From positions 239,736 through 259,735 of the forward strand of contig JAFGJV010000004.1 of assembly GCA_016928955.1 (NCBI GenBank): a stretch of DNA of 20,000 bases, read 5' to 3'. This DNA is from Spirochaetales bacterium. Lineage in GTDB: Bacteria > Spirochaetota > Spirochaetia > Treponematales > UBA12059. Shown piece after piece: positions 7,425-15,532 of this stretch. The stretch's first letter is position 1, and each line of letters opens with the position of its first letter. Under the pieces are notes generated by a model, which did not search any database, had not been told where the DNA came from, and saw only the letters and a program-made list of their open reading frames with translations. Made by a program: the position numbers and the translations under genes.

Positions 7425-10400
7425 GTGACTGAACGGCCGCGCGCAAAACTCATTATCGTCATCCTGCTTACCGCGGGCGTGGTGTCAGCATGGGCCGCGG
7501 CATCGTTTCTTGGCGACGCGTTGTCGCTGGACCTGGTCGCGTCCACCCTGGAAGCCACGCTTTCTCGCTACACCCAGGCTCTGGGCATACAGGCAACGTA
7601 CGCGGGCGCGTCCCCGTCCATTTTCAGCGGCCTCTCCCTGCGGGACATAGTCGTGCGCAGGGGAGAGCGCGTCATGCTGTCCGTGCGCCGGGTGCGTCTT
7701 GACTACAACCTGTGGTCGCTCATCCGCGGCAAGCCGGGGTTGGACGGGATTACGGTGACCGGCCTGGCCGCGGACATAGACCTTGAACAGGACAGGGACA
7801 GCATAGACGGCCTTCTGGACATGCTGAAGGACGGCGGCGGCCAGCTTGGCCGCCTGGAACTGGCTCTGGAAGACGTTACTATCGGTGTCAGGGGGCCGGG
7901 GCTGCCGCCCCTAAGCGCCAAGCTGCGCCGCGCCGACCTCTTGTCCGCTCCCGACGGGTCCCTTTCCGTGAGCGGCTCGGGCCAGATAACCCTGGATACC
8001 GGCACGTCTTCAACCCTTGGCACCATAACGGCTCCCTTTGCGCTTACAGGCAGCATGAACGCGGATGCGTCGTCGGCCCTGGTGTCCGCAAAGCTGGCCG
8101 CCGAGAGCCCGGCGGGCAGGCTGAGGGAAATCCGCGTTCTTGCAGGCCTGGACGGAAATCGGGCAAACCTGTCGGTGCACGGAGTCGCGGGCATCAGGGA
8201 ACTGGGGTTTGAGTACGACACGGCGGCAGGCACCCTGGGAGCCAGCGCGGATTTTGATGACTGGCGACCATCGTCCGTGCTCAGCTTGGGTAACGCGTTC
8301 AAGGACGCCAACCAATGGCTTGAATCAACCGTAACGGGCACGCTTGCCGTATCCACGGATTTCAGCCTGGACGGCACAAGGATCGGCGCGTCGCTGTCAG
8401 GCAGGCTTCCCCTTGGCCTGCCGGGCGGCAGGGCTTCCTATCGGCTCAGGGCGGATGGCACGGCGGCAAACGTCGCCGTGGCCGAGGCGCGGATAGCGTC
8501 GCCTGGAGTGTCGCTGTCCTATTCTGGCCAGGTTTTCCCGGCCGCTCCCGGAGCGTCAGGCTCCCTGGACCTGGTTTTTGCCCCCAGCGGAACGGACGCT
8601 CTGGAGGCGTCGTTCAGTATTGAAGGCAGGGGGCTGTCCTGGCGTGCGGCTTCAGAGCGCCTCGGTGGGGACGTGCCAGCCCTGGAAAACGTCGTCGTTA
8701 CCCTGGATTCAGAGGGCCAGAGCCTGACCTTTGGGCTGGAAGCGGACGCTGTGCCCCCGGTGCGCTCGGAACCCGACCCGGCCGCTATTCCCAGACCCCG
8801 CCTGACGCTGGAAGGCCGCGCAGCCCTTGGACGCAAACCATATATAGAAGCTGCACTCAGCCTGGACAACAGCGGCCTGGGCTGGCTGGCCAGCCTGCTG
8901 CCGGACAACGCCAGGTCCCTGGTTGACGATTACGCCGCGGGGCTCAGCATTGAAAGCTCGCTGTCCTTTTTCAGCGACCTGTCGACCTTCTCCTTCGGCT
9001 CGCCGGCAACGGTGTTCAGCTATGACGGGCCCACGCCGGCCCGCGTCGAACTGTCCTTCAAGGGCAACTCGGAGAGCGCCGAGCTGGGCATGCTCGACGC
9101 GCGCATAGGGGACTATGTGGTGACCGGCTCGGGTTCGGTCGACTATTCGTCGCCCCAAGGGCTGTCCTTTGACGCCAATTTCAAGGTACAGGACATACCC
9201 TACGATCTGGCCGGTTCCGTCCTTGACAAGAGCCTGTTCATCCAGGGTGCGTACGGGCTCCTGGTGTCCCTCAAGGGCACGGGTACCGGAACAAGCGCGT
9301 CCTTGGTCATGGATTCGCTGCCCGTGGCCCTGGCAGGCGAGATACTCCTGTTCACCGTGGACGCCGGGGCCCTTCTTGAGGGCCAGACCTGGCAAGCCGT
9401 GCTGTCGCGCTTTGAGGCCACGCCGTCGGACGCGACCACGGCTCGGCTACCGAGCGTGTCCATGTCAGGCAGTTTTGACCAGAACGGCGGCTCGCTCCAC
9501 GACATGAAGCTAGCCGACCGCTTCTCGTCATTGGAAGGCGGAGCGGAATTCATCTGGCCAGCCGGCGGCGGGGCGTCAGCAAGCCTGAACCTGGCCAACG
9601 ATGGAGGGGAGTCGTACCAGGTTACGGCTTCATATTCAGACGGCCGCCTGGATGTGGACACTGACGTCAAGCGGGCCGCCCTGGCCCGGTTCGGTCTGCC
9701 TGTGCTGACGGGAGTCATGGACGCCAACCTCCGCGCCAAGGACATCCTGGGCCAGGCTGAAGCCAATTTTACCTTCACCGTCAACGGCGGCCAGCGCAAC
9801 GACGACGCGCCCTTTGCGACCGGGCGGGGGACCTTTGCCAACGGCGCGCTGGAGCTCACGGACACGCGCTTGAGCTACCTGATGCAGACCGTTGACAGCC
9901 TTTCCATGCTGCTCCGGCCGTCCGACTGGTCCTTTGGGCTGACGGCGAACGCGGCGTTGTCGTTGGGCGACGCTACCGCGACCGGAGCCTTGAGCGCCGA
10001 AGGCGCGCTACAGGCGGATGGCGGCTACCTGATAGGCGGTTCATTTGCCGATTTTTCCTGGGAAAACGAGCCGGTAGGCACCTGGCCCTTCGCCGTGGAG
10101 CTAGGCGACCAGGTCCTGGTTGCCACCCTCGGTGCCAACGGCGAGGCGTACCTGCGTCTGACGGGGCAGGGCGACATACAGGCGCGACTGGACCCCGTCC
10201 TTCCGCTGTCGTTCGACGCGTCTGGCCGCGTGAGCGGCGACACCATAAGCCTGGACCTTCGCAGCGTGGCTTTGTCCATGCCGGCCCTCTTCCGTTTCCT
10301 GGGCGAGCCCTTCATACAGGCCAGTTCCGGGGTAGCCAGGGGGAGCCTGGCCATACACGGGCCCGTGTCGGATCCGGACATAGAAGGACGCCTGGACATG

Positions 10401-11663
10401 GACAATGTATATCTGGTTCTGCCCGAACTCATACCAGAACCCATAGGCCCCCTCCTCGAGCCTCTGTATTTCACCGGACGCACCATGGAAACCGACCAGC
10501 CCACCGTGCTGGCTGGAGGCGCCACCCTCAGGGCCAGCCTGTACTCGACCATCCGCTCCTGGACCCCCGACGACATGACCATAACTGCCGCTACCACCGG
10601 TACCGACCTGGTTCCCGTGAGCTCCAAGCTCCTTGGCCTGGGCATAGAGGGCATGGCCAACGCGGACGTGACCATACGCGTCCAGAAAGAGGACGTGGAC
10701 ATTCAGGGCACGGTACGCGTGGCCAAGGGAGATATCAGCATAACCACCGGCGTCTTTGCCGGGGGCGACGGGGAAGAGGAATCGTACGGCCTGTCGCTAA
10801 CCCTGGACCTGGGCTTCGGAGCCAGCGTCAGGGTGTATTTCCCCGACAGGAACCTGCCCCTTATCTACGGGCAGACCGATCCGTCCAGCAAGCTGGCCGT
10901 GAGCTTTGACGGTTCAAGCGGGGATTTTTCCCTGAAGGGCCGGGCCCAGTTGCGCGGCGGCAGCGTGTTCTACATCCAAAGGAATTTTTACCTCAAGTCG
11001 GCGACCATAGATTTCAACGAAAGCTCTCAGTCCTTTGATCCAACCATCAGCCTGAGCGCTGAGACCCGCAGCCGCAACGAATACGGCCCCGTGCTGGTGC
11101 TCCTGAGCGCGTCGTCCAGCCGGCTGTCCAATCTCGTGTTCAAACTGGAATCCGTGCCCGGCATGTCGGAGGCCGAAATAGCCCAGTTGCTCGGACTCGA
11201 GCTCCTTGGCGCGGAGGATGGCCAGCCCGACCTCTGGAAGGCCCTGGTCGGCAACAGCGACCTCCTACCGCGCTTCAACGTGGTATCCGTATTTGAACGC
11301 AACGTCCAGGACCTGTTGGGCTTGGACTTGTTCTTTGTGCGCACCCAGGTGCTCCAGCGCTGGCTGTACGACCTGTCCGGCCTGAACGGCGCAGCCGAGG
11401 TGCCCGGCCTGTCAGACTACCTGGATAACACGGCCATTACCGCCGGCAAGTACCTGGGAGAGGACCTCTACCTCCAGCTTCTCTTGCGCCTGCAGGAGCA
11501 GGAGCTTGCCTCTGGAACTGGTTTGAGGTTAGACTCCGAGATCAGCCTGGAATGGCAGGCGCCCCATTTTCTCCTACAATGGAGTTTCAGGCCGGAGAAT
11601 CCTGACAGCTTGTTTGTAACCGACAATACGTTCTCGCTTTTCTGGAGAATCCCCCTTAAATGA
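7425..11663 (+). CDS. tamB: TamB / AsmA-like translocation and assembly module protein (C-terminal DUF490-like)
   Basis: About 1410 aa with a single N-terminal hydrophobic anchor and long Gly/Ser/Leu-rich beta-strand-like repeats. C-terminal TamB-like region (GSLAIHGPVSDPDIEG, LESVPGMSEAEIAQLL, AGKYLGEDLYLQ). Lies immediately upstream of bamA. Start is GTG 7425 or TTG 7419. Confidence 0.85.
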   Translation: MTERPRAKLIIVILLTAGVVSAWAAASFLGDALSLDLVASTLEATLSRYTQALGIQATYAGASPSIFSGLSLRDIVVRRGERVMLSVRRVRLDYNLWSLIRGKPGLDGITVTGLAADIDLEQDRDSIDGLLDMLKDGGGQLGRLELALEDVTIGVRGPGLPPLSAKLRRADLLSAPDGSLSVSGSGQITLDTGTSSTLGTITAPFALTGSMNADASSALVSAKLAAESPAGRLREIRVLAGLDGNRANLSVHGVAGIRELGFEYDTAAGTLGASADFDDWRPSSVLSLGNAFKDANQWLESTVTGTLAVSTDFSLDGTRIGASLSGRLPLGLPGGRASYRLRADGTAANVAVAEARIASPGVSLSYSGQVFPAAPGASGSLDLVFAPSGTDALEASFSIEGRGLSWRAASERLGGDVPALENVVVTLDSEGQSLTFGLEADAVPPVRSEPDPAAIPRPRLTLEGRAALGRKPYIEAALSLDNSGLGWLASLLPDNARSLVDDYAAGLSIESSLSFFSDLSTFSFGSPATVFSYDGPTPARVELSFKGNSESAELGMLDARIGDYVVTGSGSVDYSSPQGLSFDANFKVQDIPYDLAGSVLDKSLFIQGAYGLLVSLKGTGTGTSASLVMDSLPVALAGEILLFTVDAGALLEGQTWQAVLSRFEATPSDATTARLPSVSMSGSFDQNGGSLHDMKLADRFSSLEGGAEFIWPAGGGASASLNLANDGGESYQVTASYSDGRLDVDTDVKRAALARFGLPVLTGVMDANLRAKDILGQAEANFTFTVNGGQRNDDAPFATGRGTFANGALELTDTRLSYLMQTVDSLSMLLRPSDWSFGLTANAALSLGDATATGALSAEGALQADGGYLIGGSFADFSWENEPVGTWPFAVELGDQVLVATLGANGEAYLRLTGQGDIQARLDPVLPLSFDASGRVSGDTISLDLRSVALSMPALFRFLGEPFIQASSGVARGSLAIHGPVSDPDIEGRLDMDNVYLVLPELIPEPIGPLLEPLYFTGRTMETDQPTVLAGGATLRASLYSTIRSWTPDDMTITAATTGTDLVPVSSKLLGLGIEGMANADVTIRVQKEDVDIQGTVRVAKGDISITTGVFAGGDGEEESYGLSLTLDLGFGASVRVYFPDRNLPLIYGQTDPSSKLAVSFDGSSGDFSLKGRAQLRGGSVFYIQRNFYLKSATIDFNESSQSFDPTISLSAETRSRNEYGPVLVLLSASSSRLSNLVFKLESVPGMSEAEIAQLLGLELLGAEDGQPDLWKALVGNSDLLPRFNVVSVFERNVQDLLGLDLFFVRTQVLQRWLYDLSGLNGAAEVPGLSDYLDNTAITAGKYLGEDLYLQLLLRLQEQELASGTGLRLDSEISLEWQAPHFLLQWSFRPENPDSLFVTDNTFSLFWRIPLK

Positions 11664-11677
11664 GGAAGGCATATACT

Positions 11678-14185
11678 ATGAGACGTTCAGCTGCCCTTGC
11701 CGCGCTCCTGCTTGCCGTAAGCGCCATCGTCGTGGCCCAGCCCGCGCCGGACTGGTACCAGGGCAAAACCATCAAGGACATCCGCTTTGAAGGCTTGGAA
11801 GTGGTGGCCATAACCGATCTTGACGACCTGATCAAGGAATACAAGGGCTCTGCCTTCTCAGACGACCTGTGGGAAGACCTCCTAGCCAGGGTGTACAGCC
11901 TTGACTACTTTGACCAGATATCCCCGGAGGCCGTGCCGTCCGACGCGTCCTACTCGGCGGTCATCATCGTGTTCAAGGTCGTGGAACGGGCGGCCGTGGC
12001 CACCGTCACGGTTTCCGGCAACCAGGGGCTGCGCACGGGCGAGATCCTGGACGTTGCCACCATCAAACCACGAACCATTTTCAACCAGTCCCGACTGCGC
12101 CTCGATGAGATAGCCATACGCCAGCTGTACCAGAAAAAGGGCTACGCGGAGGTGACCGTGTCGTCTTCCTGGGAAGCCAGGCCGGACGGCAGCGTGGACG
12201 TGAGCTACGACGTGGTCGAAGGATACCGCAACATAGTCGAGCGCATCGAATTCGAGGGTATCGTTGCCTTCTCCGCCAAGTCGCTCAAAGGCGACATAGC
12301 GCTGAAGGAAAAGGCCCTGTTCCAGTCCGGGGACTTCAGCGAGGCCAAGCTCGAGGCGAGCATCGCCGATATCGAGGCCTACTACCGCAACCGAGGCTAC
12401 ATAGACGCCAAGGTACTGGATGTACAGAGGGCGGCGACCGAAACCGACGACCGGAACCGGCTCATGACCCTGACCTTTGTGGTGAGCGAGGGGTCCCGAT
12501 ACCTTTTTGACGGCATGAGCTTCATGGGCAACACGGTCTTCCCGTCAGACGAGCTGGCCAAGCTGGTTCGCCACAAGGTCGGCGTCATGCTGAACTACCA
12601 GCGCCTGATCGATGACCAGACCCGGGTGGCCGACCTTTATTTTGACAACGGGTACATCTTCAACGGCTTCGAGCTCAGGGAGAACCGAGACGAGGAACGG
12701 GGCACCATTGCCTACATCCTGACCATCACCGAGCGCCAGCAGGCCCTGGTCGAGCGCATCGAGTTCAGGGGCAACGCCAAGACCAAGGAGCACGTGCTCA
12801 GGCGGGAAATTCCCATAGCCGACGGGGACGTGTTCTCCAAGGCCAAAATCATGGAAGGCCTCCGCAACCTGTACAATCTCCAGTATTTCTCGGCCATAAC
12901 TCCTGAATACGAGCCCGGCGCGCAGGATCCCTACGTCGTGCTGGTCATCAACGTGGAGGAGCAGAGCACGGCAGACATACAGTTCGGCCTGTCCTTTGTT
13001 CCGTCGAACGACGCGGACAGCTTCCCGCTCCAGGGCCTGATCAAGTGGAACGACAGGAATTTCCTTGGCCAGGGCCAGACCTTCTCCGTGGGCGCCAACG
13101 TGTCGCCGGACACCCAGGACCTGACGCTTGCCTTTACCGAGAACTGGCTCATGGACAGACGCTGGTCCGGCGGCGTAAGTTTCTCGTTCAAGCATGAGGG
13201 CCTCAGCGCCCCCACCGACAACGATTTCAACGGTATCCCGGATCCCTACGCCACCTGGGAAGAGTACACGGCGGCCGGCCAGGCAGTACCCGAAGCCTTC
13301 CGCATGGACTACAACACCTATTCGCTCAGCCTGGGGCTCTCAACCGGGTATACCTTCAAGTTTGCGCCGGGCGACCTTGGCCTTGGGGGCGGCTACCTGA
13401 TAGGACTCAACAATAAAAGCTACGACGACACCGTCAACCATCCCTATGATGACGCCATATCAAGCAATCTGGATCGCTGGCTCCTGTCCAACACCCTGTA
13501 TTTCCGGACCTACTTCAACGCCCTGGACCTGTGGTACGACCCCGCAAACGGCTATTTCTTCAGCCAGCGCCTGGCTTTGAACGGTTTCTTCCCCAACGAG
13601 CTGTCCAGATTCTGGCGTAGCGACACCAAGATGGAAGCGTACCTGACGCTCGTCGACACCAGCCTGTTCGACCGGTTCCCCCTGAAGCTGGTGCTCGGCG
13701 CCCACAGCGGCTTCAGCGCCCTCATGCCCTGGTTCGGCGAGAGCGAGGTTATAGCCGCGGACACGGACAAACTCCGCATAGACGGCACCTTTGTGGGACG
13801 CGGCTGGGGCGGCGCCCTTGGCTCGGTTCTGGGAACATCGCTCTGGGAGAACTGGGTAGAACTGCGCTACCCAGTGGTGCCCGGCGTGCTGTCCCTGGAC
13901 GGCTTCTTTGACGCCACGGCCCTCATGACCCCCAACGGGCTTCTTGACGTTGGCGCGTCAGTGGCAACCGGGGCCACCGTGCTAGAAAGCCAAGGCTGGG
14001 ACGCCCTGTCCGGCGGTAATTTTGCCTTCAGCCTGGGGTTTGGCCTCCGCTTTGCCATACCGCAGTTCCCCTTCCGGATTTACATGGCCAAGCGCTTCTA
14101 TGTGGATCCCTCGGGATCGCTCGAGTGGGCCAATCCCGGCGGCGGCCTGGACTTTGTGCTCAGCATCACCCAGCCTTTGTACTGA
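11678..14185 (+). CDS. bamA: Outer membrane protein assembly factor BamA (Omp85)
   Basis: SD GAGGAAGG at 11662-11669 before ATG 11678, signal peptide, POTRA repeats (IRFEGL, YQKKGY, YRNRGY, YFDNGY, GNAKTKEHVLRRE, NLYNLQYF), barrel motifs NFLGQGQ and SLGFGLRF, aromatic C-terminus. Confidence 0.96.
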   Translation: MRRSAALAALLLAVSAIVVAQPAPDWYQGKTIKDIRFEGLEVVAITDLDDLIKEYKGSAFSDDLWEDLLARVYSLDYFDQISPEAVPSDASYSAVIIVFKVVERAAVATVTVSGNQGLRTGEILDVATIKPRTIFNQSRLRLDEIAIRQLYQKKGYAEVTVSSSWEARPDGSVDVSYDVVEGYRNIVERIEFEGIVAFSAKSLKGDIALKEKALFQSGDFSEAKLEASIADIEAYYRNRGYIDAKVLDVQRAATETDDRNRLMTLTFVVSEGSRYLFDGMSFMGNTVFPSDELAKLVRHKVGVMLNYQRLIDDQTRVADLYFDNGYIFNGFELRENRDEERGTIAYILTITERQQALVERIEFRGNAKTKEHVLRREIPIADGDVFSKAKIMEGLRNLYNLQYFSAITPEYEPGAQDPYVVLVINVEEQSTADIQFGLSFVPSNDADSFPLQGLIKWNDRNFLGQGQTFSVGANVSPDTQDLTLAFTENWLMDRRWSGGVSFSFKHEGLSAPTDNDFNGIPDPYATWEEYTAAGQAVPEAFRMDYNTYSLSLGLSTGYTFKFAPGDLGLGGGYLIGLNNKSYDDTVNHPYDDAISSNLDRWLLSNTLYFRTYFNALDLWYDPANGYFFSQRLALNGFFPNELSRFWRSDTKMEAYLTLVDTSLFDRFPLKLVLGAHSGFSALMPWFGESEVIAADTDKLRIDGTFVGRGWGGALGSVLGTSLWENWVELRYPVVPGVLSLDGFFDATALMTPNGLLDVGASVATGATVLESQGWDALSGGNFAFSLGFGLRFAIPQFPFRIYMAKRFYVDPSGSLEWANPGGGLDFVLSITQPLY

Positions 14186-14236
14186 CCCGCATTGCGTTCT
14201 AGGAAGGCACCTGTTGCCAAGGACGCAGCATACGCG

Positions 14237-14271
14237 AAAAAAAGCGCCGCCCGGCCCGGCTGTCGGGCGGC
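14237..14271 (-). terminator. GC-rich hairpin with A7 on the + side (terminator geometry on the minus strand)
   Basis: Stem GCCGCCCGGC (14246-14255) pairs with GTCGGGCGGC (14262-14271), 6-nt loop. A7 at 14237-14243 reads as U7 after the hairpin on the minus strand. Confidence 0.5.
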
Positions 14272-14284
14272 AGGAGGAGTTACC

Positions 14285-14818
14285 ATGAAACGATTTCATC
14301 TGATCGCGGTCCTGGTCCTTGCCACATGCGGGGCCGCGGCTGCCCAGCAAATAACCCGCATAGGCGTGATAGACCTCCAGAAGGTGTACATGACCTATTA
14401 CAAGGACTCCCAGGCCGTCCGCGCCTTTGAGGAAGATAAGCAGAAGGTTGAGGCGGAGATCCAGCGCCTCGGCGATGAAATCAAGGGCCTCCAGGCCAAG
14501 CGCGTCGAATTCCAGGCTGCCGGGGACGAAGAGGCCGTTAAGACGCTGGACGAAACCATCTACAAAAAGGCCCTGTTCCTGCAAGACTTCATCAAGGTCA
14601 AGCAGGCAGAGCTTGAGGACCGCAGCACATCGTTGACCCAGTCAGACGCCTTTGGCAAGCTCCTGTACCGCACCGTGCAGGCCATAGCCGAGGCCGAGGG
14701 CTATTCGCTCATTCTGTCCTCTAAAAACGCCGACAACGTGGGCTCCACGATCATCTGGTTCAGTTCCATGATCGATATCACTGACAAGGTGATACAGGCC
14801 CTGGTGTCGGGACAGTAA
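14285..14818 (+). CDS. skp: Skp/OmpH periplasmic outer membrane protein chaperone
   Basis: SD AGGAGGAG before ATG 14285, signal peptide, RIGVIDLQKV, coiled-coil middle, IAEAEGYSLIL and IDITDKVIQAL OmpH motifs. Follows bamA. Confidence 0.93.
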   Translation: MKRFHLIAVLVLATCGAAAAQQITRIGVIDLQKVYMTYYKDSQAVRAFEEDKQKVEAEIQRLGDEIKGLQAKRVEFQAAGDEEAVKTLDETIYKKALFLQDFIKVKQAELEDRSTSLTQSDAFGKLLYRTVQAIAEAEGYSLILSSKNADNVGSTIIWFSSMIDITDKVIQALVSGQ

Positions 14819-14902
14819 GAGCTGCCGACGGGCCGCTCCACGTGGGGGCTGTCGGGCTACGGATACAGGCGGCGGGATTGACTGGGGGCTGCGAAGCGGC
14901 TG

Positions 14903-15406
14903 TCAGTGCCCGCCGCCATCTTTTTGCTTGTCGATCTGGTCGCTCAGCACGGAACGGAGAGCAGAGAACTTACGCTCGTTCTCGTCGGACAGCTCGATCA
15001 GGTTGTCGTGGGCGTCCAGGAGGAGGGCCGCGTCCGCCTGCCTGAGGGCGCCGATGCGCTCCTGTTCGGCCGGAAAAGCGATGGCGTCGTCGCTCATGTC
15101 CACAAGGCGAGCAACCCCTATGGTCGACAGGAGTTTTTTGCACACATCGTTGGCCCTGAGCACGCTTATGGGACGCTCGGACAGACGCAAGAACCTTTTG
15201 TTGAAGCCGACCAGGAGGCCCATGAACGTCGAGTCCATATATTCGCACTGGGACAGGTCGACGTATACCGCGTCCACAGGCGGTTTGAGGTCAAGGCGGT
15301 CAAAGACCCTGGCTTTGAGTTCGGCGCACAGCTGCGCGGTGACGTGGCCCGTGGCCCGAATGTAGAGCTTGTTATTTTCCTCGGCCAGGTACAGGGCTTC
15401 TTCCAC
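14903..15406 (-). CDS. STAS-domain anti-anti-sigma factor family protein (RssC/PA2797-like)
   Basis: LYIRATGHVT, VYVDLSQCEYMDSTFMGLL (phosphorylatable Ser motif), LLSTIGVARLV, plus a C-terminal AH..L..L...N...F extension. Start is probably GTG 15406 (GGAG upstream), or ATG 15424. Confidence 0.88.
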   Translation of the reverse strand: MEEALYLAEENNKLYIRATGHVTAQLCAELKARVFDRLDLKPPVDAVYVDLSQCEYMDSTFMGLLVGFNKRFLRLSERPISVLRANDVCKKLLSTIGVARLVDMSDDAIAFPAEQERIGALRQADAALLLDAHDNLIELSDENERKFSALRSVLSDQIDKQKDGGGH

Positions 15407-15494
15407 AGAATCTTCTCCCGTCATGCAGGCGGCGTTCCGGCGGATGCGCGGCGTCAGCCGCCTGGAATGCGCATCCAAAAGCGGCCCGACTTGA

Positions 15495-15523
15495 TTGTAT
15501 CGTAGTTGAATGTGCCCTATAAT
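15495..15523 (+). promoter_or_regulatory. sigma70-type promoter for mutS-comF, overlapping a divergent -10 for the STAS gene
   Basis: TTGTAT (15495-15500), 17-bp spacer, perfect TATAAT (15518-15523), then 9 nt to the ATG. The minus strand has TACAAT at 15499-15494. Confidence 0.7.
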
Positions 15524-15532
15524 GCAACGGCC

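Noticed and set aside
7345..7446. N-terminal extension of tmk (250 aa in the ORF track)
   Set aside because: It runs across the divergent promoters and into tamB. The Tmk fold starts just after ATG 7344.
14202..14218. sigma54-like AGGCAC...TTGC upstream of skp
   Set aside because: GG-to-GC spacing is 8 nt rather than the strictly required 10.
14192..14284. N-terminal extension of skp (and bamA start at 11660)
   Set aside because: Strong SDs and signal peptides identify ATG 14285 and ATG 11678 as the starts.
14825..14855. Imperfect hairpin after skp as an intrinsic terminator
   Set aside because: The stem is bulged and has no adjacent U-tract on either strand.
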